NCBI GenBank assembly: GCA_964016885.1
Contig: OZ024746.1
Location: 69,440,001-69,504,000 of the forward strand
Direction: 5' to 3'
DNA length: 64,000 bases
Source: Eledone cirrhosa
Lineage: Eukaryota
How positions within the stretch are numbered: the first letter of the stretch is position 1; each line of letters opens with the position of its first letter. The notes under the pieces are model-generated. The model saw only the letters and a list, made by a program, of their open reading frames with translations. It was not told the origin of the DNA and searched no databases. Made by a program: the position numbers and the translations under genes. Shown here in pieces: positions 40,555-54,300 of the stretch.

Positions 40555-41231
40555 TGCGACCGACCATTTATATCATCAACTCTTTGGCCTGTTGCAGTGA
40601 CTATAGAACCTCGGTACTTAAAGGCCAAAGAGTTGAGGATATAAATGGTCGCACCATTAACGCTCGCCTCACCTTCTGTCGTCTACGCGCTCGGCTGACC
40701 ACCAAAATTCGGATCTACCAAGCCCTTTTCCGAATAATCCTGTTATACGGCTGCGAAACCTGGCCACTGAGAGCAGAGGACATGCGCAAACTTGAAGTGT
40801 TTGACCATCATTGTTTACGCCGCATCCTATCCTTCGTATTCGCTGGCAACAATTCATCTCGAATTCTGAAATCCGTCCATGTTGCAAAATCTCCTCCCCC
40901 CAGCAAGCTCTTCTCGCGAGGCGTCTTCGCTGGCTTGGTCATGCTCTCCGTCAACAACCGGGCGACTTCATCCGCGAAGCCATTGATCCATCTCCTCCGT
41001 TGGGATGAAGGAAACGTCGTGGAGGCCAACTGAAAAGCTGGCTTAGGACGGTGAGGCAAGACGCTGAGTTTTATCTTAGGCCCACGCCTGTATGGGGTTC
41101 GGCGGTGGAACCGCGAATGGCTGACACTCATATCTTCGATAGCGTCGGACCGTCGTGCTTGGTCGGCCTTCATTCGGGATACGGTAAATTCGTTGAACGG
41201 AGCCGGCTCACCCGACCCAGGGTGAATGCCG

Positions 41232-41232
<1 letters not shown>
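40555..41232 (+). pseudogene. RTE-clade LINE 3' fragment with 5' inversion and (CA)n tail
   Basis: TKIRIYQA..LLYGCETWPL..LEVFDHHCLRRIL, RRLRWLGHALR; inverted 5' piece encodes KYRGSIVTATG. Confidence 0.85.
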
Positions 41233-41330
<98 letters not shown>

Positions 41331-41474
41331 TATATCATGTGAAATACCAATATAGCCAACTATAGTGTATATTGTGTAAAATATCGATATACCCAACTAT
41401 AGCGTACATTGTGTATATATCATGTGAAATGCAAGCAAGGAAAAGCGGACGGAAAATGATGATGATGATGATGA

Positions 41475-41552
<78 letters not shown>

Positions 41553-41715
41553 ATATATCATGTGAAATACCAATACACCCAACTACGATGTTTCTATCGT
41601 GTGAAATAGCAATATACCCAGCAAGTTTACATTGTGCATATATATCACATGAAGTAGCAATATACCCAACTATAAGGGCGATTACGAATTAACAGTTCAC
41701 AAAACACAACTAGAT

Positions 41716-42000
41716 TAAAGCCTGTCCCGGGCCCGAAGGCTCACCAGGCCGGTGCTTATCCCGGTATCTGTGGCGAGAAGCGACCGACAATACAAGACTC
41801 CACCCTGAACAGGACGCCCGTCGATCTCAGAGTTAAACCCCCCCCCCCCCCCCCACCCAGTTTTCAGCTGAGTGTACTGGAGCAACGTGAAATGAAGTGT
41901 TTTGCTCAAGAACACAACACATAACCCAGTCCAGGAATCAAAGTCACGACATTATGATCATAAGTCCAACACCCTTACCACTAGGCCATGCGTTCTCACA
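41716..42000 (-). mobile_element. Family B-related tRNA-derived SINE
   Basis: Minus strand tggcctagtggtaagg A box, ttgattcctgg B-box remnant, tgtgttcttgagcaaaacactt. Confidence 0.7.
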
Positions 42001-42586
42001 GAAAACAAAACACAACTGCTTCATACTTAATCTTGTTTCGGGACTATACAGTTATTGAGGCTTGAAAAGCTTGCCCATGTTATATGGTTCTCAGGTAAAA
42101 AAATTACTAAGGGACAATTAAAAATGGGAAGAAATTCGAGAAACACAGGATTGTAAAGGGACAAATGTGATTTGGATCTTTGAGAACCACAGCGTTAGTA
42201 TGTTGAATTTTATGTCTCGGTATTTGTTTCGGCTCATTGTGCCCTGATTTCAAATCTTGGTATGATCAAATTTGCTGGTCATCGTTTCGGGGTCGATAAA
42301 TAAAGTACCAGTAACAATTAGGGGCAGTATATCGGCAGAATTGTTAATGAGTTAGACAGTATGTTTTGTGCATGTGATCCAGCCGTGTACAATCCTGTCT
42401 GAATCCAGCTTTCTTCTTTCAGAAGATACTTGTCTGGCAGATAATTGTTGAATTTCCATCGGATTTGAAGATGAGTGTTCCAGTTGTTCGAACAATAGAT
42501 TAGATGCTGGTGAAATCCATGTGTACTGAGCATTTCTTACACACGTGTACTTGTAGTGTAGACTGTCCTTTTGACTCACATGTTTA

Positions 42587-43403
42587 GCCCTTCCCTTTTC
42601 TTTTAATGAATTACATAGGTATGGCTGGCTTCGCATCAAGAGGTCCAGGGCTGGATCCCAGTATGTGGCATCATGAGCAAGTATCTTTTACCATGACCTT
42701 GGGTCAACCCAGAAGGGTTCAGCATGACAAAGTGAGTGACAAGACTGTCCTTTTGACTCACATGTATAATTCATGAGTGGATTTGAACAGCATAAAATAA
42801 AGTGTTATACTCAAGGACACTCCGTGTCAACCCGGAATCGAACTCACAACCTTATGATCGTTAGTCGAATATTCTAACCGTTACCCCGCGTACCTTCATT
42901 AGTGTCAGCAACGGGAACATTGTTTCTTTGGTCCGGTTTCAAGATTGGCTCTTTTCCTTTTTGTTCTTAATCGGACATTTTGGAAATAAAGAAGTGATTT
43001 AAGTAAATGTTTGGTGAGGGTTTTGTATATTGGTTTAGGTGGAGTGTAGTCAATATTGTAGCAATAATTTGTGTCACCAGAAGTACCCATAAAGTGCATC
43101 TGTTAGTGCAGTGCTGTAGTGACTTAAAATAAACATTTAAACAGCTTGTATTTTTATTAACTCCACTGAATATGTCACTCTCAGCACCTTACGGCTGTTA
43201 TGTCTAACATATGTCTCGTCTACAAAAGCCAGATCTGCAATATGTTTAGTTTGTTTAAAATATATTAAACACTGGTTAGTCCTTCCCTTTTCTTTTAATG
43301 AATTACATAGGCATGGCTGGCTTCGCATCAAGAGGTCCAGGGCTGGATCCCAGTATGTGGCATCATGAGCAAGTATCTTTTACCATGACCTTGGATCAAC
43401 CCA
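42587..43403 (+). repeat. Local ~125-bp direct duplication (42587-42711 and 43280-43403)
   Basis: ccttcccttttc..aatgaattacatagg..catcaagaggtccagggctggatcccag..ccttgg.tcaaccca present twice. Confidence 0.8.
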
Positions 43404-43622
43404 AGCTTTGTCAGTGAAATGAATAGACGGTAAGTGTACGGAAACCATGTAACACACTGTCACATTGAATTTCAGAAAATTCCGTTAAGCGTACACATAT
43501 TTATGGAATGCGCAGCCACTTACACTGCAACAGAAGATGGACTGTACCAGTAATTCAAACATCGAGCCTTGTCAAACACTGTGTCAATCTCTGAAAATTG
43601 CATTAAGGGTATACACTCACAC

Positions 43623-43788
43623 CAGGCCTGCTAACCCCTAAAACCCCAAACGGGGAGAAATGAGGCAAAATGAAGAGATTTTACATAATGAAAGCGATAC
43701 CCATTTTCACAAGAGAAGACATCTCTCACCCACCCAAAAGCTATTGAAAATCTCCCCGTCGGACGGACGGAGAGAGTTGACAGGTCTG
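43623..43788. mobile_element. Small hAT-like MITE inside a degenerate tandem repeat
   Basis: Ends caggcctgctaac / gttgacaggtctg; ctcaca on both flanks; host repeat attaagggtacac.tgtctgtggaatactcagcc recurs 43480-44140. Confidence 0.4.
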
Positions 43789-44360
43789 CTCACAATGTTA
43801 TACAAGATAGATTGAACCTGTAATTGAAATGTCCAACCATATCACATACTGTGTCATTGATTCTGTGTGAAGATTACATTAAGGCTACACATGTCTGCGG
43901 AATACTCAGCCACTCTAATACAATATGGAATGTAATTCAAAAGCCTAGCCATGCCGCACTGTTTCGTCTAAGGGGTTGTGTTAAGGGTACTCGTGTCTGT
44001 AGAATATTCAGCCTCTTGCACGATAATAGATGAACTATATCTGTAATTCAATGATGCAGCCTTGTCACATATTGTGTCACACTGACTGTATCTGAGGATT
44101 ACATTAAGAGTACACGTGTCTGTGGAATACTCAACCAGTTAAACGTTAATTCAAGAGCTGGCTGTTCCGTTGATTAAAGGACTGAATTCTCGTCGTTGAA
44201 ACCGACAGAGGACCCAGCATATCTCTCTTAAAATGCAAAGCTTCTATTTTTTGTGTTCATAAATGTGTGTGTATCTATGTGGATGTATAAGCGTGTATGT
44301 GTGTGTAAGAGAGACTTTTGTTGTGACAAACATTTACTATACAATAATTTTAGATATTAA

Positions 44361-46610
44361 CTAGCAGAATGGCCCGGCGTTGCTCGGGATTCTAAACATA
44401 GATTGGCATGTTTATCCCTCCTTTCTGAAACAGTACAGTACCTCGGCCTGGGGATGATGTCTACATTTTGTGCTTATAAAAAAAATTCGTCGTAGATTAC
44501 CAGGGGTTTAACTTAATTGGGTGCCTGAGAGTACAATGAAAGCAATAGTTACAGAGCAGTAAGCATGTGGGACTGCAGTGGTGGAGAGTGGTGTTGTTTT
44601 ACTCCTTTCAATGTTTCGTCGTATGTTCACCAATTGAAGCAGAAGTCCTAATGAAAAGTGAAGTCGCCTTGGGTGAATAGGCAAATAATTTTCCATTACG
44701 ATTTTTCAAAAGCATGTAATTGCGTTCCCTCTCTTTTTTTGTTGTTGTTTTTGCTGCTGTTTATATTTTGTTTTTGTGTATACAAAAATATCTATACACG
44801 AATATATAATTATATACATATATATATATTAAAATAACAGATTAAAGTTTAAGCGATGAATCGCTGCTTTCACCCTTAACGGGATCTTCTGAAACTAAAA
44901 AAATCAATCTGTGAACGCAGAGGTAAATATTTCGAAAAACGTTACACACTATATATACACACACACTATACACCCCCACCCTCCCCCCCACACACACAGA
45001 GATAGCGTCATAATGTCGTAATGCAGACAGATATATTTCTTTATTAGCCACAAGGGCGCACAAGAAAAGGGGACAATACAAAGACATGCCGGGGATTTTA
45101 CATACAGTTGTGTAAAAAATATAAAAACAAACAATTACAACAATCGAAATCCCCAATAGGGGGGGGGCACACATGGGTTGTTTAATACCCCGTCGATAGA
45201 ACAACCCTCAACTCCAGGAGCGTGTTGTGCAAGTGCTCCTTTCTTCCTTTTGCTCTCTTCTTCAACGTACAGGCTTATAAACAGAGAAGGCCCAATCACT
45301 CGGGCCATTTTCGCTTCATTCACCCACCTTTCAGTAAATTTACTGGGGTGCAGTGCCTCTCTCTCCACCCTAATTCTCCTTCTAAAGTGATACTTAAAGA
45401 AGGGAATCAATTGTTGTCCGGAGAGAAAGGCATCTGTTCTCAGTCCTCTCAACCTCGTCCACCATATAACTTCTTTCACCATAGCCACTGTACAGAGGAA
45501 AACCGCCTCTCTATCGTTTTTGAAAGAGGCTGGCGATTTGATCCTTACTATGGACTCGGCAGTCAACTGGATTTGTCCCATACGCGACAGCAGTTGTTCT
45601 GCATAGTTCCACAGGTCGGTTAAGCCCGAGCAGTGTACAATTGCGTGCAGGACTGTTTCAATATCCTGCGCGCATCTTGGACACGTCCTCTTGGAAGGAT
45701 CCCTGCCGGGGTGTCCGTGCCTGTAGATCTTGTCACGAACCGGTAGAGCTTCTCGGTAGCACTGCCAGGCCAGGGACCTCTGGAAGTTGTCTATAGGTCC
45801 CGGGCGGAAAGTCCTACCAAACAGACTGGTGAGCTCATCGTCTTCGACGCCCAGAGTCTCTCCGAGCACGTCGTCGCCCTTGTAACGTACAATCCCTCTA
45901 TAAAATGTCGAAGTGGAGTCTCCACTGATTGCTGCGCCCGCTTGCCAGAGGACTGTGAGCGCCTGAGCGCATTCAATGTGCCAGGCGCCCATCATTTTCG
46001 GTCTTTTCATGACCCAGGACTGCAGCTCCGTCAGCGAGACGAGCTGTGGGAAAGCCTGTCTCACAAACGGTGCCCACACCGGTTGGGGGTCGGTGAGGAA
46101 TACCTGGAGATGCCGCAGCCTCAGCGCATGTTTGCGCATTATCAGCCACGGCATTCCCAGCCCTCCGCTGGAAGGGTGCTGACAGCAGACGGATCTCCTC
46201 ACCAGCGGAGCCTGCTTCTTCCACAGAAACTGGAAGAGCATGCGTTCCATCTTGCGGAGGACAAGGCACGACAGTCAAGCGGTAGTAGATGACGGACGCT
46301 ATGAATGTGTTCGCCACCTTCGCTCGACCTTTCAAGGACAGTTTGCACTTCTGGGTGAGTGCAAACACCTTGGCCGTGACCTCGTTCCAGTTTTTCTCCA
46401 CCTGGAGGCCTGGACTGAACCAAACCCCGAGCAATTTCACCGGTCCGTCCGTCCAGCGTCCAACTACGCTGTCGGACGTCATCGGCTTGCCTGTCCACGT
46501 ACCGAGTTGCAAACCGACAGACTTGTCCGGATTTATTTTTGCTCCCGTCAGCGTTTCGTATTCTTTCAGTAATGCAGACAGACAGACATTCTCTGTTTTA
46601 GATATATAGA
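44361..46610 (-). mobile_element. Non-autonomous Helitron, second copy, interrupted by a Tx1-like LINE
   Basis: Reverse complement of the 10726-11874 family with TC..CTAG ends at an AT target; contains hammerhead copy D at 44837-44912. Confidence 0.85.
45032..46568 (-). pseudogene. Tx1/L1-clade LINE 3' fragment (diverged subfamily) with 14-bp target-site duplication
   Basis: ORFs 45973..46632 and 45135..46250 (CPRC..ETVLHAIVHC) homologous to 24585-25712; gtaatgcagacaga at 45018-45031 and 46569-46582. Confidence 0.9.
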
Positions 46611-46871
46611 TTAACCCGTTTACGTTAATCACAATTCAGAAATTAATTACAATAAATTGTTTAATTAACAGAAGTTACGAAATATTTTAAACATTAGGAA
46701 ATACTCGCGTGTACCAACAGAAGATTGATCAAATTGCCTACATTCCTTCTGTATTTAGGTTTTTACATACACACATAAAATCTATATTATAAGAGCGCTG
46801 TCTATCCGTCCGTCCATCACGCTCATTTTATATAGAGAGGGGGAGCGCCAAGCGAGAGATATGTACATAGA

Positions 46872-49565
46872 TAATTTTCTTTTTATTTGCCACCAGGGCA
46901 TCAAAAAGTGGGACAAGTACAATGGGGGGAGTTTACATAACAATAAGGAGGAGGCAATAACAAAATATAAAAATAAAATAAAATATAACAAAATAAATTT
47001 TATAACAAAATCCTCAATAGGGAGGAGGCGCCTTGGGGAGTCGCACACACCCCCGAAAAAAAAAGTGTGCAACCCTTCTCCTCAGGAGCACAGAGAGGGG
47101 GTGCTCCCTTGATCTTTCATCTTCCTCACCTATAGTCTGATGTAGAGTGAAGGCCCATTCACACGGGCCATTCTCGCCACTTTCACCCATCTTTCATAAA
47201 AACGGCTGGGGTGCAGCACCCCTCTCTCCATCCTGATCCTTCTTCCGAAATGATATCGGAAGAAACGGAGCAGTTGTTGGCCAGAGAGAAAGGTGTCTGA
47301 CCTCAGTCCTTTCAGACGCGTCCACCATACAACCTCTTTCGCCATGGCTATTACGCAAAGAAACACCGCCTCTCCTTCGTTTTTGAAGAGGGGAGGCGGC
47401 TTGATCGTTACAATAGACTCGGTGGTCAACCGGATCGGTCCCACCATTGACAGCAGTTGTTCGACATAGTCCCATAGATCAACAATGCCCGAGCAGTGTA
47501 CCAATGCGTGTGCAACGGTTTCCTCGTCGCACACGCATCTGGGACAGATCCTTTTCGAGGGGTACCTACCCGGGCGCCCGTGTCTGTAGAGCCTTTCTCG
47601 AACGGGCAGAGCCCCTCGGTAGCACTGCCATGGGTCCCGGGCTGAATGTCCTACCGAACAGGTTGTCCAGTTCGTCTTCCTCCATGCCCAGGGCTTCTCT
47701 GAGGGCGTCGTCGCACCTGCTAACCACCAGCCCTCTATAGAATGATGAGGTGGAATCTCCACTGACAGCCGGGTCAGACTGCCAGAGAGCTGTGAGCGCC
47801 TGGGCACACTCGGTGTGCCAGGCGCCCAGTTTTTTCGGTCTTTGCTTGACCCAGGATTGCAGCTCGGTGAGTGAGACGAGTCTGGGAAAGGCTCGCCTCA
47901 CAAACGGGGCCTACACCGGTTGACCGGTGAGGAATACCTGGAGGTGCCGTAGCCTTAATGCGTGTTTACGTATCATTAGCCACGGCATCCCCAGCCTTCC
48001 TTTCGAAGGGTGTTGACAGCAGATGAATCTCCTCACCATAGGAGCCCGCTTCTTCCAAAGGAATTGGAAGAGTGCGCGCTCCATTTTGGCGAGCGTTTCC
48101 CTTGGGCAAGGCACAACGGTCAGGCGGTAGTAGATGACGGACGCTATATAAGTGTTCGCCACCTCCGCCCGACCCTTCAGGGACAGTGCAAACACCCTGT
48201 TCGTTACCTCACCCCAGTTCTTCTCCACCTGGAAGTCTGGTCCGAACCAGACCCCCAGCAACTTCACCAGGCCCTCCGTCCAGCGCCCAACGACTCCATC
48301 GGAAGGCATCGATCTGCCCCTCCACGTGCCGAGTTGCAGACCGATCGACTTGTCCCGGTTCAGCTTAGCCCCTGTAAACCTTTCGTACTATTCCAGTAAG
48401 GTGCCGATCGCCTCGATTTCCGAGGCGCACGACACCATTACTGTCACGTCATCGGCGTAGGCCGACACCGCTTTCCGCAATCCCGGTTCCAACGGGATGC
48501 CCTGCAACAACTCCAACTTCCGCAGCAGTGGCTCTAGAGTCATTACATACAGAAGGGAGGAGAGAGGGCACCCTTGTCGGATGGGCCGCGCGATTTCGAA
48601 CGGCTCCGAGAGGTAGCTGTTCACCTTGACCCTAGAGCAGATGCGGCTGCTGTGCATGGCATTGATCCAGCCCCTGAAAACGGGTCCGAAGCCTGCCGCC
48701 GCTAGCTTCGCATCCAGGTAACCATGGTCGACCTATCGAACGCCTTAGATTGATCCAAGTTGATCAGGGCCCCACCAAAGCCGGGTTCGTTCCCAACCCT
48801 CTCTATGATGTATCGCATGAGGTGGAGGTTGTTGTGGATGGACCTGGACTGGATAGCACATGTCTGCGCATCTCCCACCAGGTTGCCTGCGACAAGCGCC
48901 AACCTCTTTGCTAGCACCTTGGCCAAAATCTGTAACTCTGTATTTAGCAGAGTTATGGGCCTGAAATTATTTATATTATTTATATCGTCCCCCTTGTTCT
49001 CGTCCTTCCTCACTAGCGTGACTACGCCCTTGGTCACAGCACAGGGAATTCTCCTGTTCTGTTGCCAGTTGCAGTAGACCGCCTCGAGGAGATCGGGGAA
49101 CAAGTCCGGCATAGCTAGATATAGTTCGTATGGAAGACCATCGAGACCCGGGGATTTGCGTTTGCCGCATTGGCTCAGCACGTCCTCTATCTCAGCGGCT
49201 GAAATCGGCTCCTCGCAGGACTTCGCCTCCCTGTCCGAGAGACGCGGTAGGCCGTCGAGGTATGGACCGAAGTCCACTTCCCCAACCGGCTCCCCGCCCC
49301 TTCCGAACAATCTGGCAAAGTGCTTTTGTAAAGCCTCGCACATCTGCTTAGGTTCAAGGATCACCCGTCCATCCTGGTCTCGCAAAGACCGGATAGTGGA
49401 TCTACTCCCTCTTTTGGCTTCTGTCACGCGGGCCCAGCTAACAGCTTTGGTCCCCTCGTTTCCCAGAGCACGTATTTTGCTTCGGACGATGCAGCCTTCG
49501 TGTTTCGCGTCGAAGAACTGGCCCAGGGCCGTTCTCGACGCTAGCACTCTGGCCACGTCGCCGAA
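46872..49565 (-). pseudogene. Tx1/L1-clade LINE, 5'-truncated (third subfamily)
   Basis: KSPGLDGLPYE, NFRPITLLNTE, LDQSKAFDR, RQGCPLS, YADD, CPRC..ETVAHALVHC across frameshifted ORFs. Confidence 0.9.
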
Positions 49566-49715
49566 AGAGAGAAAATGAAACGCCATGTGTCTTCGAGGTG
49601 ACAGAAAGAGGTAGATACACAGAACGTTGTGACGTTGCCCTCATCTAAATATAGCGACGGGAAGCGCCAAGCGAAAGAGATGTACATCAATAGAGTGGGA
49701 AAAGGAACGACATTT

Positions 49716-49746
<31 letters not shown>

Positions 49747-49796
49747 GCTATTTGGTCTCATTCTTGGTCAACTTATGAACTTTTCAGCCGACCTTC

Positions 49797-49828
<32 letters not shown>

Positions 49829-49832
<4 letters not shown>

Positions 49833-50575
49833 ATAATAATAAAATTGAAGACTAAAATCCAGAGAGGGCTCGATAAGGAAAATATATATCAAATATATAA
49901 GAACCGAAGAGCAAATATTTATTAAAATAACAGATTAAAGTTTAAGCAAAGAATCGCTGCTTTCACCCTTAACGGGATCTTCTGAAACTAACAAAGTCAA
50001 TCTGTAAACGCAGAACTGGATATTTCAAAAAACGTTGCAACCGGAGGAAGACAGGAAGACGATACTTTGGTTCATGGTGACGTTCGCTGGCAAAGAACGG
50101 GAAAAAACGAATAATACGTCATTAATAGGAGCGGTGAAAAACAATTACGTGCAAGGACAGAACCACGTTTATGGTATAAAAGAGGTCGTAGACTAAAGTT
50201 CTCTAAGTGGTGCATAGAGACGTTCTCTGGCAATGAACGAAAAAACGAAGATAATAAGTCATATGTGGAGCGTGGAGAACAATAGCGTGCAAAGACAAGA
50301 CCACGTAAATGGTATAGCAGAAGTCGTAGACTAAAATTCTAACTAGGAGACCGAATGAATCTCCGCTACAGAGTTAAGAACAAAGTAAATAAATACAATA
50401 CAGAAGTAATAGGAACAAATAAATACATACACGCAAACAGATACGTACATACACAAGCATACGCAAAACCTTACCATAGGTATACAAAACCACGCACATA
50501 TAAATATGTGTATGTGTGTTGCTTGTGTACAAATAAATAAATAATTATATAAACGTATATAAGTAAATAAATACG
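49829..50575 (-). mobile_element. Longest copy (E) of the non-coding hammerhead-bearing repeat
   Basis: Includes the segment seen separately at 7722-7815 and 29351-29382, the hammerhead at 49930-50005 and an internal ~70-bp tandem duplication. Confidence 0.8.
49930..50005 (-). ncRNA. Extended type I hammerhead, U4A core variant (copy E)
   Basis: Identical to copy A over the 76-nt motif. Confidence 0.7.
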
Positions 50576-50760
50576 TGGATTCGCAATCGAGAGGTTGTGA
50601 GTTCGATTCCTGGACCGGGCGATGCGTTATGTCCTTGAGCAAGACACTTTATTTCACGTTACTCCTTCTACCTGGAGTTGCGACCGATAGAGAGTATTAG
50701 CAATTGGAAAGACCAACGGAAACATTGTTTCCTCGGTCCGATTTGACGAAAGTCGATCGA
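50575..50760 (+). mobile_element. Family B SINE, 5'-truncated
   Basis: GAGTTCGATTCC B box, tgtccttgagcaagacactt; reverse complement of 6624-6810. Confidence 0.8.
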
Positions 50761-51360
50761 CTATATATATATATATATACGAAGGTCGGCTGAAAAGTTC
50801 ATAAGTTGACCAAGAATGAGCCATCATGTGTGTATGTATGTGTGTGTGTAAAAGTCTAGTGACAAAACGGCAAGTTTTTTAAAAGATATTCTTAAGAATC
50901 ATATACTTGTTACAAACACTGTGCAAGAGAATTCCTGCATTGCAACACATTAACACATTGAATTAGGTATATTATATACAGCAGACTATAACTTAGGGTG
51001 TGGTGTATACTCGAGAATATTTACTGAAATATATACAATTTATAAACTGATTTCCTTCTTTCTGTGCAGTTGCCAACCATAATAACACATTTGTTAATGT
51101 TATAGCGTTAAATTATGAAAGATTATACATAACATTTTGGCAACGATAGCTTTGTATACAGCTGATAAATATTTACCATGATTAAACTAGATGTACAGTC
51201 ATGATTGCGATTTATGTTACTGTTTAGTGAACGAGAGAAGGATGGTATATATTCCTATTTTAAGAGCCACAGAAATAGCTAGGAAGAAGAGAGTGAAGAA
51301 AGTATCCCCAAATTAGGGATTTTTTCTAAATGCTTGCAACAGAGTAACTCTACTAAAGTT

Positions 51361-54300
51361 ACCCAAAGTCCACATGGTCGTGTTAAACCAGGTGACAGAT
51401 AAGTCAACTACCCAAGGTCCACATGGTGCTGTTAAACCAGGTGATAGATTAAGTCAACTACCCAAGGTTCACATGGTGCTGTTAAACCAGGTGATAGATT
51501 AAGTCAACTACCCAAGGTCCACATGGTTGTATTAAACCAGGTGATAGATTAAGTCAACTACCCAAAGTCCACATGGTGCTGTTAAACCAGGTGATAGATT
51601 AAGTCAACTACCCAAAGTCCACATGGTGCTGTTAAACCAGGTGATAGATTAAGTCAACTACCCAAGGTTCACATGGGGCTGTTAAACCAGGTGATAGATT
51701 AAGTCAACTACCCAAAGTCCACATGGTGCTGTTAAACCAGGTGATAGATTAAGTCAACTACCCAAGGTCCACATGGTGCTGTTAAACCAGGTGATAGATT
51801 AAGTCAACTACCCAAGGTCCACATGGTGCTGTTAAACCAGGTGATAGATTAAGTCAACTACCCAAGGTTCACATGGTGCTGTTAAACCAGGTGATAGATT
51901 AAGTCAACTACCCAAGGTCCACATGGTGCTGTTAAACCAGGTGATAGATTAAGTCAACTACCCAAGGTCCACATGGTCGTATTAAACCAGGTGATAGATT
52001 AAGTCAACTACCCAAGGTCCACATGGTCGTATTAAACCAGGTGATAGATTAAGTCAACTACCCAAGGTCCACATGGTACTGTTAAACCAGGTGATAGATT
52101 AAGTCAACTACCCAAGGTCCACATGGTGCTGTTAAACCAGGTGATAGATTAAGTCAACTACCCAAGGTTCACATGGTGCTGTTAAACCAGGTGATAGATT
52201 AAGTCAACTACCCAAGGTCACATGGTGCTGTTAAACCAGGTGATAGATTAAGTCAACTACCCAAGGTCCACATGGTGCTGTTAAACCAGGTGATAGATTA
52301 AGTCAACTACCCAAGGTCCACATGGTGCTGTTAAACCAGGTGATAGATTAAGTCAACTACCCAAGGTCCACATGGTGCTGTTAAACCAGGTGATAGATTA
52401 AGTCAACTACCCAAGGTCCACATTGTCGTATTAAACCAGGTGATAGATTAAGTCAACTACCCAAGGTCCACATGGTGCTGTTAAACCAGGTGATAGATTA
52501 AGTCAACTACCCAAGGTCCACATTGTCGTATTAAACCAGGTGATAGATTAAGTCAACTACCCAAGGTTCACATGGTGCTGTTAAACCAGGTGATAGATTA
52601 AGTCAACTACCCAAGGTCCACATGGTCGTATTAAACCAGGTGATAGATTAAGTCAACTACCCAAATCCACATGGTGCTGTTAAACCAGGTGATAGATTAA
52701 GTCAACTACCCAAGGTTCACATGGTGCTGTTAAACCAGGTGATAGATTAAGTCAACTACCCAAGGTTCACATGGTGCTGTTAAACCAGGTGATAGATTAA
52801 GTCAACTACCCAAGGTCCACATGGTGCTGTTAAACCAGGTGATAGATTAAGTCAACTACCCAAGGTCCACATGGTGCTGTTAAACCAGGTGATAGATTAA
52901 GTCAACTACCCAAGGTCCACATGGTGCTGTTAAACCAGGTGATAGATTAAGTCAACTACCCAAGGTCCACATGGTCGTATTAAACCAGGTGATAGATTAA
53001 GTCAACTACCCAAGGTCCACATGGTGCTGTTAAACCAGGTGATAGATTAAGTCAACTACCCAAGGTCCACATGGTCGTATTAAACCAGGTGATAGATTAA
53101 GTCAACTACCCAAGGTCCACATGGTCGTATTAAACCAGGTGATAGATTAAGTCAACTACCCAAGGTCCACATGGTACTGTTAAACCAGGTGATAGATTAA
53201 GTCAACTACCCAAGGTCCACATGGTGCTGTTAAACCAGGTGATAGATTAAGTCAACTACCCAAGGTCCACATGGTACTGTTAAACCAGGTGATAGATTAA
53301 GTCAACTACCCAAGGTCCACATGGTACTGTTAAACCAGGTGATAGATTAAGTCAACTACCCAAGGTCCACATGGTTGTATTAAACCAGGTGATAGATTAA
53401 GTCAACTACCCAAGGTCCACATGGTTGTATTGAACCAGGTGACAGATAAGTCAACTACCCAAGGTCCACATGGTGCTGTTAAACCAGGTGATAGATTAAG
53501 TCAACTACCCAAGGTCCACATGGTTGTATTAAACCAGGTGATAGATTAAGTCAACTACCCAAGGTCCACATGGTTGTATTAAACCAGGTGATAGATTAAG
53601 TCAACTACCCAAGGTCCACATGGTTGTATTAAACCAGGTGACAGATAAGTCAACTACCCAAGGTCCACATGGTGCTGTTAAACCAGGTGATAGATTAAGT
53701 CAACTACCCAAGGTCCACATGGAGCTGTTAAACCAGGTGATAGATTAAGTCAACTATCCAAGGTCCACATGGTCGTATTAAACCAGGTGATAGATTAAGT
53801 CAACTACCCAAGTATCACATGGTGCTGTTAAACCAGGTGATAGATTAAGTCAACTACCCAAGATTCACATGGGGCTGTTAAACCAGGTGATAGATTAAGT
53901 CAACTACCCAAGGTCCGCATGGTCGTATTAAACCAGGTGATAGATTAAGTCAACTATCCAAGGTCCACATGGTGCTGTTAAACCAGGTGATAGATTAAGT
54001 CAACTACCCAAGGTTCACATGGTGCTGTTAAACCAGGTGATAGATTAAGTCAACTACCCAAGGTCCACATGGTGCTGTTAAACCAGGTGATAGATTAAGT
54101 CAACTACCCAAGGTCCACATGGTCGTATTAAACCAGGTGATAGATTAAGTCAACTACCCAAGGTCCACATGGTGCTGTTAAACCAGGTGATAGATTAAGT
54201 CAACTACCCAAGGTCCACATGGTGCTGTTAAACCAGGTGATAGATTAAGTCAACTACCCAAGGTCCACATTGTCGTATTAAACCAGGTGATAGATTAAGT

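Noticed and set aside
46840-49690. Target-site duplication agcgccaagcga..gatgtacat around the third Tx1 fragment
   Set aside because: The right-hand copy is ~100 bp from the LINE junction and diverged; more likely internal repeats of an older host element with a Helitron-like 5' end at 46781
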